A stretch of DNA of 60,025 nt, counting the filler, from Jimgerdemannia flammicorona (taxonomy: Eukaryota): assembly GCA_003990765.1 (NCBI GenBank). It is 2 parts of 2 records of this genome, joined end to end, with 100 filler letters (N's around TTAATTAATTAA, not from the genome) between each part and the next. Parts side by side here need not be neighbours in the genome. Positions count along the whole stretch, not along the records: positions 1 to 29,964 come from RBNJ01000460.1; positions 30,065 to 60,025 come from RBNJ01000461.1. One strand, given 5' to 3'. Numbering within the stretch: the stretch's first letter is position 1; each line of letters begins with the position of its first letter. Below are positions 23,592 to 36,368 of the stretch, in pieces. The position numbers and the translations under genes were made by a program. The notes below the pieces were generated by a model. It was given only the letters and a program-made list of their open reading frames with translations. It was not told the DNA's origin and searched no databases.

Positions 23592-26500
23592 ATGTCCGTC
23601 CTGCTCGACTGGATCTCGCAAGGTTACAAGGTTTACAGCGAGTTGAACCCGGCCACTCTCTCCGGCGCCATCGACATTGTCGTCGTCGAGCAGAGCACCG
23701 GGGAGTTGGCCTGCTCGCCATTCCACGTGCGATTCGGAAAGCTGTCTACCCTGCTGCCGCAGGAAAAGAAGGTGGGTCCTCGCGATTTGGAGTCGTGTCC
23801 GCCGGGAAAAGGGTACTTTATTGTGATGGACGTGGGGTGTAAGTATGACCCGACCCAATCCTCCTTACTCCGAAATCCTTTTGTTGCTCGTCTCTTCATT
23901 AATGACGCAGGTCGAGATCCAGGTTAATGGCGAGCATATCGACTTCCCTATGAAGCTCGGGGACGCCGGTGAGGCGTTCTTTGTCTTTGAGACCGAGCAG
24001 GAGGTGCCCGAAGAGTTCCAAACCTCGCCGCTCGCCGGGCCGATGTCGGACAATGATGCGGAGGAAGGGGTAGGTGTGAATGGATTGGGATTTTTGAGGT
24101 GGCTGGGAGAACTTAGTTGGAATGGAGAAGGCCTTTTTACTGTAATTGCTTGGCATAGATTTTAAAGAGCATACTCTTGCATCAGGATCAATCTAATTAT
24201 ATTATTTAAAAGGAACCTACGTATCTCGATCTCGGCCCTCCGGATAGCACGGACGGTCATAAAGAGGATGGTAAGAAACAATCGTCTATCTTCTCTGGTC
24301 TTAATATTTAGGGTCACGTTTCTGTAGCCACCTCAAAAAACAAAATAAAATAAAATAACAGATAGCTAACCACACCCTTCTCCATCATCGATAACCCAAC
24401 AGACGCTGGCTACGTCAGTGCGCACAGCGCACACGGTCCCTTTGAGAGTGAGAGCGACGAGGAGACCAGTGCCGCCGCCGCAAGTAAAAAGGCGTACCGG
24501 CGCTCGTCCCCGCCGGACGGCGGGGTTCCGCCTACGATCGGGTCGCCCAAGATCATCGTCGAGGAGCAGGTCGAGGAGACGGTGACGCGCCACGTGGACG
24601 GGTACTTCCCCGCCGTGCTGGACGTGGCGGAGAATGAGGGCATGGTGGAGGAGTCGGCAGAGAAGGAGACTGTAGTGGAGGATACCAAAGTACTTATGGA
24701 AGGGATTATAGCGATTGACCTGAACGCGGTTCCAGCACAGGAGGCGGAGGAGCCGAAGCACAAGATGGCCACGGAGTCCGAGGCGATGGTGCTGGTCGCA
24801 GATCCCAAGCCTGAGAGCGAGAGGGAGACGACGCACACGAGCACTGAGCAACGCGCGCGGGTTCTCGAAGATGGGTCGACGGAAGTGGAGCGCGTTGTCA
24901 CGACAGAGACATCCTCGAACGCCAACGTTATGCGCAGCACCACCACTATCAACAGCGAAACCTTTGTCATCCGTCCCGCCGGCGGTAAAACCACCTCAGG
25001 CCTGCTCGAAGTCACACATCTCAAACGGAACGAGGAGGGTGTGAGTGCTGAGCGCGTCGAGGCTGCCGCGGCGGATCCGAAGGCCGCCGGGGACGATCAT
25101 ATCGTGCTTGATATGGCTGGGTACAAGACCGAGGGGGCTGATGATGTCCGCCGCCGTGCCGAGTCTATGGCCGAGGCCAGGGTCGACGTGTTCGAGCAGC
25201 TCCAGCAGCAACAGCAGACATCATCGGTGCCCGATCTTGGCCGTCTGCATACCGTCCACCACCACGACGACGACGACGACGACGACACGCTCTCCGTCAA
25301 GTCCGCCCCACTACCTGATCACGACACGCGCACGCCCGCTATGCTCCCGATCGCCATGCCCAAGAATGCCTCTACGCCCAATGTCGCCGCGCAATCCGAG
25401 GACGGGTTCGATTGGGATGATAACCAAGGCCCGTTCTCGGATACGGAGGTCGACCGTGGGCCGGGGTTGGAGCGCGGAAAGTTCTCGAGGACGAGCCCAT
25501 TAAGCGATACGGAGATGGAATATGAGCCGCAGTCGGGGAGCGGAAAGAAGGATAAGGCAGAATGGTCATGGGGGTGGGGCGCGTTGCCCGTAAAGAAAGA
25601 TAAGGACGGGATGGGGGACGTGAAGAAAGATAGGGAGAGGGAGAGGGAGAAGGAGGAGGAGAGGAGGAGAGAGAAGGAGAAGGAGGGGAAGACCACATTC
25701 TTGATCGAGATGAGTTTGTGTGGCGCAGCAGAGTTTGGAGCTGATGAGGTAGGTTGCGTTTTTTGGAGGAGGAATGGAGAGGAGGGATTGTGGTGGCGCA
25801 AGCGTACAGTCGATTGAATACGAATTTTTGACAAGTATCGTCCTTCGTTTCGGGGAATGTGGAAACCCAACTCTCTAGAAAAAGAACGAGGAACTGTTCA
25901 AGAGCCAGCAGCTTACGTACGAGGCTTTCGTCGAGAACCCCAACGTGCTCAACGACCAAAATCTAATCTTCAAGTACCAGAATAGGTGCGTACGCACATG
26001 GACGTCTTACCTCGCTTCAACCATACCTATTTTGTCGCCCTAATTCCGATCCCCTTCCCCACCAGATACTACAACTGGGCATTAGCTGGCCCGCTCTTCA
26101 CTTCGCTTCTCCTGCACCCAAAACCACACGATGACGCCACCCTGATTCCGCTTTCGTCCACTAACGGGTCCTCCAACCTAGCACAGGCCAACGCCGCGGC
26201 GGCCGCAGCCGCGGCAAAGGCCGAGACCGACAGGCGCAAGTCGTATAGCTTGAGCAGGAGTATAGGGAGGCTGTTCACGTGGTCGTCGACCACATCGTCG
26301 TCCACGGAGCAGCGCGTTGGAGAGCAGAGCGAGGTGATTGAGAAGGAGAAGGAGGGCGATGTCGTTGGACAGGTGGGTGTTAGATGAGTTTGGTGGAGAG
26401 CTCTGTGGGGAGTTGGGTTTTGTCGGCGCGCTTTGGCGTTGTCCGATGGGGTTTTTGTGGGTTGAGGACATTTGTTTCATGCGTGACTACTTTCGCAATC

Positions 26501-28356
26501 ATAGCAAGTGGAAACCACCACTACCACAACCACAACGACTACGTCGCTCGGCGTCGAGCAGCTTGCGCCAGATGAGATCCCGGGAACCCCCACGGAAGCC
26601 ATGCCACCGTCCAAGAACTACGCTAAGACATTGAGGCTGACATCCGATCAACTGGTGAGTGTGCATGTTTCGTTATACACTTTTTGATTAACCTCGGATT
26701 TCTGCTTCGGATAGGCCACCCCACCTTACCCACCTTTGAATAATACCCGCCCGCCTACAGAAACGTTTGAACCTCAAAAAGGGCGTCAACACTGTTTCCT
26801 TCAGCGTGAGCAGCTCCTTCTCTCGCCAGAACGCTATTTGCGTCTCCAAGATTTTCTTTTGGGACCATACCACCCAGATCGTCATCTCCGACATTGACGG
26901 CACCATTACCAAGTCCGATGCACTCGGTCACCTTTTCACCATCGTCGGCAAGGACTGGACCCACAGCGGTGTCGCCAAGCTCTACACCGACATTCACAAT
27001 AATGGGTACCAGATGCTGTACCTCACGAGTCGGGCCATCGGGCAGGCAGATTATACGAGGAATTACATGAAGAATGTTAATCAGAATCACTATCAGTTGC
27101 CCGATGGTCCCGTGATTATGTCTCCTGACAGACTGCTAACTGCGTTTCATCGGTAGGTTGGAGAGTGCCTAAGAGAGAGCTGAGGAGGTGATGCTTGGGG
27201 TTTAGTTGCGTGTGGTCAATTATGTGCTGTGACCACCGTATTAAGATGAGTTTTGGTCGTTTTTTCCCATCCGCAGCGAGGTCATTGCGCGCAAGCCCGA
27301 GATCTTTAAGATGGCATGTCTTCGGGACGTGCAGCGGTTATTTGACGATCACAACCCGTTCTACGCTGGGTTCGGCAATCGCATCACGGTATATATCATG
27401 TGTTTGTCAATCGTCATTGCGAAATTATGGAAAGTTGCTGATGACATCACCCGTTGGATCTGTAGGATGCCCTCTCGTACCGCAGCGTGAACGTGCCGAT
27501 CTCGCGCATCTTCACAATCGACTCGAATGGCGAGTTGAAGCTGGAGCTGCTATCGGGCTACAAGTCGTCCTACCTACATCTCAACGACTTGGTCGACCAG
27601 ATCTTCCCACCCATCAACAAAAAACTGGTCGAGGAGTACAACGACTGGAACTTCTGGAAGGCGCCGCTGCCCGAGTTCGACCTTCCTGAACTCCCACCAC
27701 CGCCCAAGACTCCTCCACCAAGGTCCCCGCCGCTCTCCTCCTCCCCGCCGCTCCCATCCCGCGCCTCTATTTCAGATCTCAAGCTCTCCTCCTCCAAGAG
27801 CACGCCCTCATCGAGCACGTCACCCTCGCCTGCGCCCTCCACAGGTGGAAGATCGAGGCGGCTGTTCTTTTCGTCGTTCGACCCGGCTAAGGAAGGGACC
27901 GAATCACCGTCACTCAGCACATCCAGCACGATGCCCATGGAGACTACGTCGCCCCTGCAGTCGGACGACGAGGGCCTGGCGGCCCCCTCGCGCAGGTCCA
28001 TAACTGATGACGTAGGCCTGGAAGGGTCGCATGCGATTCCGATCCGGAGACAGGGCGGGCGCTCGAGGGAAGTGCCGCCAAGGCCGGCGTCGCCGAGCTC
28101 GTTGACGGAGGAAGTGGTTGAGGCCGTAAAGGGTATGGTCGGGATGGTGGCGGGAAGGGAGGTGTCCAGGACGCCGTCGCCGCCGGCGCCGGAGATTGGG
28201 GACAGGATTGAGGAGGGGGAGAGATCTGATGATGAGAACTATGAGGGCGAGGATGAGGAGGGGGATTCTGATAAGTATGAGGAGGAGGGGGATTCTAATA
28301 AGTATGAGGAGGAGGTGGATGTTATACCAGATATCGATAATGTGCCGTATTTGTAA
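23592..28356 (+). CDS. PAH1: Lipin / phosphatidate phosphatase (Pah1/Ned1), multi-exon
   Basis: [19 protein letters not shown]...[59 protein letters not shown] (DxDxT), [28 protein letters not shown] introns. Confidence 0.97.
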
Positions 28357-29228
28357 AGGATGGATGTGGGAAGGGAAGACAATGCGGCTGGGTTGGTGTA
28401 ATTGGTCGGGGTTGGTAGGGTCATTTTTCGCGACTAGCAAACTATCTACGTATTTGTAATTATACCAAACCGATTGCCACAATTAGAGGCCTTATCACAT
28501 GTGAACACAGTGACGTCGGTGCACGGCGCACACACCCCATTTCCCCTCCTCGTGTGTCCCCGTGTTCCCCGTGTGCCAGCAACTCCTGAAAGCAACAAGT
28601 CATGGCCGGCTTAAGAAGTACGCTTTGAGAAACGACAGCTGACCACAGTACAAAATACTCAACTGTTACGCTGACTTGTTTCCACCCCCATCCCACACAT
28701 ACAACCTCATGGCCGACAAATCACTTGTAGCGTACGTGCCTGCTTTTTCCGCGGGAAAGGGAACTTTTTTTTTTTTTTTTTAATTTGAGATGCGAAAGCT
28801 GACAGATCGTTATTTTCGTCCCTTTTTGTGGGAATGCACACAGTATCATTGCCTTGGCGCTCGTCCTTGCCGCGGGATTCCTGTTGGTTATTCTGTCGTG
28901 CGCTCTTTACCAGTAAGCTTGTGTATTTTTCTTTTTTTTTCCCTGCAACCATTTGGGGGGCCTGTAGAAAATGACCTTGTCTTGAAAACCGAATATTGGA
29001 AACTTATTTAGCTACCCGTATCGACCCCTTCCCTCCCCCCCCCCCTTCCCCTCATTTTGTCTATTTCAGTAACTGGTGGCCCTTGTTCGTTGGTAAGCGG
29101 GATTATTCATCTGTTTTATGTGGTTAGCTTTTCGAGCGAGACGGCGCAGTTTGGGAACCAAGGAGGTTGGATCGAATCTCCGCTCCGTGTATAACTGATT
29201 TCTCGCTTGATTTGATTTTTTCCACTAA

Positions 29229-29278
<50 letters not shown>
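29229..29278. repeat. (AAT)n microsatellite, ~16-17 units
   Basis: Read directly. Confidence 0.95.
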
Positions 29279-29280
<2 letters not shown>

Positions 29281-29826
29281 GTTGCCACGTACGTCCTGGC
29301 GCCACTACCCAACGCCCTGTGCGCCAAATGCGCGGGCGGAGACGACATTATGTCTGATCATTATAGGTGAGTGAGGTGAGACATATATATCGATCGGCTT
29401 CCAGTAATGTGAACTTGGGAAACGAGAAGTTGATCGATGAATGAGGCTGACGACCAGTACCTTTTTTTCTCTTTGTGGTATCCAGCTTCCCCGTGGATAT
29501 GGGCCATTTCTTAACCGGCATCTTCTTCATCACGGGGCTCTGTATGTATATGCTCAAATTTTGTTTGCGGTTCGCGTGATTATGTGCTGTAGTGGCGTAG
29601 GACCTTGGAGGGGGCATGGCATGGATGGATACAAGAGAACGTGCTGGAAAGGTCAACCTCAGCACACCATAACTTTCATAACCACTATCACTTCTCTTAC
29701 CCTGTGTCCTTTCCTCCACATTGAATTCTAAGGCCTCCCGTTCGTCCTTGCCCACGCCGCTGTGGTATGCATTCGAAATTCTCATTGGAATCGCGCCGTT
29801 GTCATCCTTTTTTTTTTTTTTTTTTT

Positions 29827-29964
29827 TTTTTCTCTCTTCTCTTCCTCCCCTCTTCCAAACAACCTCGTCCAAACATCTTTCTTATCCATACTTCATTCGT
29901 GATCCTGGAACAGATAACGGTTCCCGCGATGATCATGAGCATTATGGTTGGGATCTTTGTCTTC
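29827..29964. repeat. Contig-end copy of the sequence at 1-139
   Basis: Direct alignment; follows a ~24-T homopolymer. Confidence 0.95.
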
Positions 29965-30063
29965 NNNNNNNNNNNNNNNNNNNNNNNNNNNNNNNNNNNN
30001 NNNNNNNNTTAATTAATTAANNNNNNNNNNNNNNNNNNNNNNNNNNNNNNNNNNNNNNNNNNN
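29965..30063. other. Artificial contig linker (N44-TTAATTAATTAA-N43, six-frame stop)
   Basis: N runs flank the standard all-frame-stop spacer; the two sides are 29964 and 29962 bp long. Confidence 0.97.
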
Positions 30064-32160
30064 NCGGCTGCATACAGGTCATATCCAGCTGCTTTCTGAC
30101 TTCCTTTGGTTGGGGCCTTAGCAGTTTGTCTTAACTTGACAAAGTCTAGTATTCTGGTGGTCAGGTTGTTGAGGTGGTGCAGAGTGGTAACAGTTGCTCT
30201 TATTGCTGTTCAGGGTTTTTGGTTAGGGCAGGCACTGGCCATGTGACCTGTCTTTCGATAATAGAAGCATACTCCACTTCTTCGAAGTTTGTTTCTTTCG
30301 CCTTCAGTAAGTTTCTTGAAGGTACTTGGTTGGGTGGATTTATGATTTCTAGGTGTCCAAGAGGTGGATGTAGAGGGAGCTCGGAATGCTTTATGCTTGG
30401 GTTCTTCTTTCTTGGTCCAAGTCTTTTCCTTGTTATTGAATTGTCTTCGGGGCAGAATTGGTCCAGTTGTTAGGATTCACTTGATCATAGTCTTGATTCT
30501 TGCTAAACACCATTATTGGTGATCACAACCAACTGGGCACCCTTGTTCTTGGATTTTTCTAGTAAGCCATTCAGGTAGAGCATCGAATAAATGGTCTGCT
30601 CTTGTATCATTTTGTGCTTCATCATTGGCGATATATCCTAGGCCAATAGTGTTCAGGAGTGACTCAAGTTTTATACAGAAGGTTTCGAATTCTTCTTTGC
30701 CATGTATATCAAATTTGAAGTTGCGGAGTTTTACTCAAGATTCGGCAATTATGGTTTTACTGTGGTATTGAGCATTCATGAGTTGTTTGAGTCCAGGGAC
30801 TGCAGGATGGGCTCCATATTCTGGGGCATTGTTTGCTGCATTCTGAGCAACTACTGCAGGTCGGGTATCCCATGTGAGGGGTTTTTCAGGAAGGGTTCAC
30901 CACCATTCTTCGACAGGTCCTCAGAAGAATGTAACAACTCGGCGGACATAGGCTGTAGTGGTAGCAAAGAGTTGTTCCAGAGTGTGGTCTTAATTGTTTA
31001 TCAGAACATGGTCAGCAACTCGCTCATTAGTCCATTGATTGGCTTCGAAGTTGGTGTCAACTATACTAATGAAGCTTTGGACCTCTTGTGCAGTACCATT
31101 AAAGGTAGGTAGGCTCAGATTTTTTGTAGGTCGGATCTGTTTGGCTAAGGTAGTAATGGTTGCTGCCATTATGGCTACCTGGGCTGTGAGGTCTAGAATC
31201 TGTTGGTTCACTATGTTGTTTACTGGAGGTGGTTGGACTGCTGGTAGTGGTGTTACTGATACTACTTGAGGTACTGGTGCAGAGTGTGATGGGGTTCTTT
31301 GGGTCTGTGTAAGTTGCTAGAGTAGTAGTTGTGGGTCTGGAGTAAGGGCTTGATAGATAACTGTTTGTTACTATGTAGGTGTATTCTGTCCTGATGGGAG
31401 TACGTCTCCTTCAGTGGTATATCCGAGATCGAATTCAGTGAGATATTCCTCCTCTTCTTCAGTTTGGTTCCCGTGTAATTGGGTTTGCTCAGTATCAAAG
31501 TAGACAGAATCAGTTGTATATCTGATTTCAGATGGACTTAATTCAAAGTCAAGTTCCAGTTTGGTATTGATTTCAGATTCAGGTAGGGCTGTAGCAGGGC
31601 CTGCTTCAGGTTCGGTGTCAGGTAGTTGATGAAGGATTTCTCTTGCTTCTTCTTTAAGAATATGGCAGGCCTTGCTGTTCTGGAATCGGTAGTATAATGC
31701 AGTCTTGGTCCTGGTATGGTGAAAATCAGTAGAGTTGAGCCACTTGGCTATAGAGGCTTGGGCTTCATGAGGAACTAAGGCTAGAAAGACTGCTGCTGGT
31801 TGTCCTAGGTTGCTCAGATTTGTGGAGCTGACAAAACTCTTGTTGAGGAGAGTAAAGAAGGCTTCAATAAGATCTTCTTCATCTTGACTTGCTGGGTGTA
31901 GTGCAAGGAGTTCGGTGAATAGGGTTTCACCTATTTGCTGGTTTAACCAGAGTACTTCTTTCTTTGAATGAAGTTTATCCCACTTGTTGCAGGTGTGGAG
32001 GTCAAATTGTCCTTATATGTCAGGTTCAATTCTCTCCAGATTATTAGATGGTTCAGGATAAATTCCAGTTCAGAGGTTGGGCTTTATACCAACTTGTAGG
32101 AATTCTCAGAAGGGTTTGTAGCGAGATGAGAAAGTGTCTTGAAGCAGAATTGGATTGTAA

Positions 32161-32173
32161 ACCGCTGCTACCA
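32161..32173 (-). promoter_or_regulatory. Primer-binding site of family B (TGGTAGCAGCGGT), initiator-tRNA-Met-like
   Basis: 3 nt inside the LTR end; complementary to ...CGCUGCUACCA; also at ~58849-58859. Confidence 0.75.
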
Positions 32174-32176
32174 AGT

Positions 32177-34238
32177 TATAAGAGAATTGCTTTTTAGGGT
32201 AACTGTTACGTAGTTCTGGAAAGGTTTTCTGGATATTCTAGATATTCTGGATGACTGTTTTCTTATGGTCAAGATCAATTTCATATAGAGTATGTCCTCT
32301 ATACTTATTGATTTCAAGTTCGGGTTGATGTCTCAACCAAAGTCCTTCTTTGGAACTAGTTCTGGATGTTCAGGATTTCCATATTTCAGGAAGTTCAAGA
32401 AACTAAGACCAGCTTAGTTGAATCGGCATATTGCTGCAGACAATACCCAATTAGGAATTTTCATAACAGGGTTAGGAGTGGGACCTAATGGGGAGCAGGT
32501 TTACTTAAGAGTGGTTTGTGGATTATTGAATAGGTTTATTCACTATTCATGATATTGCTATACTAGGAGTAGTTGTGTGAAGGGGTATTGTGGGGAAGTA
32601 TTCAGGAATGTTTTTGTGTATTTGAGTCTGAGATTCTGAAGTCTGGGGGAGGGGGTGTTTATACTAGTGAGGGGCTATCTGGACTATGCTAGATATGGAT
32701 ATAGCACTAAGTGCCTTGCTGAGTCGGAATGCAGTCACATAGTACAAGTGTAATCTGATATATCAAGAGATCGTCTGACTGCTGAGTCAGTTCACAGTCA
32801 CATCATACAATGCTAATCTAACTATACTATGACTGCTAGGCTATTTATGGGTTTAGGCACTGTCTGGGTAGTCCTCGATGACATTACCATCGATTGCATT
32901 ATCTCTGATAAAGTAGTCATCTAGGAAGAGTGGTTCACGGATTACTTCTCCTTGTTCGCTGAGGTAATAATACATTGGAACTTCGTCTCTGTCCCACAAG
33001 ATGGCATCATCAGTCTCATATGCTGGATAAGGTGTTGGTGGGCAAAGGAGGGGTACATCATTTTCACTTTCGTTGGATTCACTGTCTGCATACCTTCTGT
33101 AGGTTACAGCACTATGAGTCACAGGGTTATAGTAAGCTGGTGGCTGTGGTTCATGTCACTCATACTCAGGTGGTGGAGTGGTTGGTTCAATCTCGAGGGT
33201 TGTCTGGAGGTACAGATTATATTCTCTGGTCTCTTCATTATAGTTGAAGTAATCAGGGGTGAATGCTGATTGGTATTCGTACCAGTGGTCATTGTCCCAA
33301 TAAGTCTCGTATGTAGTTATGAACTGTTGTAAGTTCATCAGCAAGATTGGCAGAGTGATCAGGGTTGGCAGAGATCCTTGGCTAGAGGTCATGTTGGCAT
33401 CAGAGAGATCATTATCTTCTACTTCATCTTCATCAAAGTGGATTATATTGTAGATATCCTTCATGGCGTATCCAACTTGGGGTATTTGTAGGATATGATC
33501 ATTAGAGTGTGGGAAGGTTCTATCTGTAGTTTCGACATACTTGAGGTACTTCTGGTTGAGTTCTTATATCATGTCATCGATTTGACCATAAGACAGGTAG
33601 CAACCATTTTGCTGGTAGTAACTCGGAGGCAGGGAATAATGGTACTGTACTCATAGAAGAGTTCTCGATGTTTGTGGGTGATGAGCTTCTGGTGTTGAGA
33701 CATCTGGGTAATGTCTGTATCATGGTGGTGTTTGACCATGTCTTCCAGGAGGTGGCCAATCTGGTAGTAGCTTGAGATTTGTCTGATTCGGTGGGCCTTG
33801 CTAAGCATGTTCAGAGCATTCCATTGGGCTTCCATGAAGTAGAGGGGGGCTAGGCTATGGATATTCATGAGGGGCAGAGGGGGTGTGGCTTGGTTGATAA
33901 TGGTATTCCAAATGTCAGTGTGGATATAGGTATAGATCTCAGTAGTCATGTTTGTATGTTTGGAAGTTGTAGTTGTTGTTTGTTTTTAGTTCTCTGGTTC
34001 AATATGTTTCGGTGCTTGGTATATATACATTTGATCCTAATTGGTAAGATTCTGTTTGTGTAAATCTTGTATTCTGTGACTTTGTATTGACTCAGCTTTG
34101 TGCACTGTAACTTTGGTTTGACTCAGCTTCATGATCAAGCAGGTGATTTCCAGATTTGTTCAGAGGTCATATGTGATTTCAGTGGCTTGTTCAGAGGGTG
34201 ACGTATAATTTCAGTGGCTTGGAGGTTGTGCGCTTACA
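32177..34238 (-). repeat. Family B LTR, long type B1 (2062 bp)
   Basis: TGTAAG...CTTACA termini (one mutated to TATAAG); homologous copies at 37229-38184, 44890-46317 and 50567-51458. Confidence 0.92.
32853..33949 (-). pseudogene. ORF embedded in LTR B1 (~365 codons; one frameshift and a few stops)
   Basis: ORF-track pieces 33949-33569, 33464-33156 and 33122-32853 join; the 50.8-kb copy reads through the frameshift (VAILLYGQIDNMIQEL); TATATA ~70 bp upstream. Confidence 0.8.
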
Positions 34239-35400
34239 CTGTATCTTGATGGTCTTTAGTCCCTCCTTTATAATTCTACATATGTGAACAATTTCTCTAT
34301 GATTGATAACATTAAGGAATCAGTGAGGCTAGACCTCCTTGGTCTACTTAAGTTCTGCATTGGTGACAAGAATTATATGCTGATTTGGGAATATCTCATA
34401 AAGTCCAACAAATGTAAGCTACCCATGTTTCACATACTGCCCAAGGTATACAAAGGGGTATGAGTGGTATGGTATCCTATCATTAGAGTATTTAACTCTC
34501 CCACAACTGAGATTTTATGTTTTCTATCTCACTTTCTCTATCTGTGGTTGGCCCATCTATACCTTAATGTGGATTACTCATGCTATTCATCTCTATATGA
34601 TATGTTCAAACTTTTACAACTAGTTTGATCAGATTACCTGGATGTATCTGATTATTCCTATATCACTACTGGATATTTTGCTATATTCTATACCAGGATC
34701 ACACTAGATGAGTATATTGACTACCTCATCTTCTTGTTGACTATGGCTTTCCCTCTGACTCATTGCTGCTTGATGCTATTCTCAGCCTTGTCTGCATAGT
34801 TATAACTTGTATGACATTCACATCTGTCATCAGTTCTTTCTGCTCTATGTCTGGTATTGCTATGAGAATGAATTGTGCCCCAGATCTTGCCAACCTTATT
34901 GGCTTCACATCTTGCAAGTATCTGACCATCTACTAAGTCAAGCCATTGTAACCAGGCTAAAGTTCTACTGGTATATTGATGATTTAATTGTCTTCATGCT
35001 TATGATTATGAACTTGGCTGTAATTTTTGATACTATATATCCCCCACACCATCATATCAATAGAGAAGTCTTGTCTACCAGACTATGCCATTACTTAGAC
35101 CTGGAAATCTGAGTTGCACCATTCTATATAGACTGTTTTGCCAAGTTCCCACATAGTACTCAGTTTGTCAACTAGTTGAGCAATCATTCTAGGAAGACAT
35201 TCTGTCTATGTATTGTGAATAAGGCCTGCTGCCTATCACTACTCTGCTCATCTCACCATGATTGGCTTGATGAGTATCAGTCTTTGGCCAAATTCCTAGT
35301 TCACAGAAAAGGATACCCTATTGATATTATAACTACTCAATTGAGTTTGGTTGATTGGCTTGAGGTTTGAACTTCACTTCTCACCCCTCTCCTTGTTTCC
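34239..35400 (+). mobile_element. Penelope-like element (PLE) reverse transcriptase remnant, 5' end cut by LTR B
   Basis: KLPMFHILPKVYK..YPIIRVFNSPTT (LPKIHK..RPI), GIAMRMNCAPDLANL, WYIDD (YIDD at 34972-34983), YLDLEI, SNHSRK...LLCS...RKGYP thumb region. Confidence 0.85.
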
Positions 35401-36368
35401 CACCCCCCCATTCCCCACTCTGCTTTTTCTCTCCTATTGTTTATGTCCAATATGATATGGCTCAATGGCTACATCAATAGCTCGATAAGACTCTATATAC
35501 CACTTTGCTTCATTTTGATTTCCTATAACTATCCGATGACCAATCATCACCCAGAAGAATGGTTTTACTATTCTTAATACCATCTCAAATACTAGCTTTG
35601 CTCTAAGTCCTCCTTGAAGGCTACACTGCCCATATGTGCTGTATGATGTTTAAAAATATGAAAAATCACCAGACAACCTCTAGTACAAGGCTCTAGGCCT
35701 GATGCCTGTATACCTATGCTCTATGATGCCTGTCTACCTCTGCTCACTTTACTTACTCCAGTGCTGAGGCTTTACTCTACTCCAGTCACAAGGCTCTAGG
35801 CCTGATGTCTGTGCCTTCAGGTGCTGATGATTTTTAGGTTTTTAAAATCTATAAGTGACAATTATATAACAACATGTGATTGTTATTGGTCTAGTTCCAT
35901 TTTTAGCATTTGTTTATATAAGTATAACATTAGATCACATAACTAGTACCTTTTCTCAATTGTTTCTATATCAGGTTTTTAATGGTCTGTTATATGTATA
36001 AATCAATGATGCCTGATTCAGACTATTGTTTGGATTGGGGCAAGGTCTGGGTACTTATACAATGTTCCAATTCCAGAATTCTGGGGTTAGATCCATGTCT
36101 TTGTTTACTCAAACTTTGTTCTCAATTTTGAATAAAGACTATTATGTATTGTGGTACCATGGGTAGGTTGCAGATCTATTGCACCTTACTTCAGAAAACA
36201 CTTTATTCTGTTTCCTTTATTCTGTTGTAAAAATTTACATAAGCTTTTCATTTTCAACTGTTTGACCTTTTACCCCTGACCTTCATATCTACCATAATAG
36301 TATCATATCTTACTCTAAACTCTTCCTCTATTATCTACTCATTTTATAATAAAAAAAAAAAAAAAAAA

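Larger units (their letters stand above)
30064..34238 (-). mobile_element. Family B Ty3/gypsy element, 5' part (LTR, PBS, gag, Zn knuckle, dUTPase start), cut by the contig edge
   Basis: gag LPTFNGTAQEVQSFI; mutated CCHC knuckle KTGHMASACP; AAGYDLYAA dUTPase motif at the edge; colinear with 56755-58862. Confidence 0.92.

Noticed and set aside
29124..29370. Poly-Ile ORFs on both strands
   Set aside because: Translation of the (AAT)n microsatellite
29965..30063. Palindromic TTAATTAATTAA between N runs, and apparent linkage of genes to the retroelement nest
   Set aside because: Artificial concatenation linker; the two halves need not be adjacent in the genome
30702..31112. 136-aa + strand ORF conserved at 57387-57797
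   Set aside because: Antisense to family B gag; its conservation is explained by the repeat copy
35821..35860. CTGATGA plus hairpin downstream of the PLE RT as a hammerhead ribozyme
   Set aside because: No GAAA core follows the stem; cannot be supported without an unmutated copy
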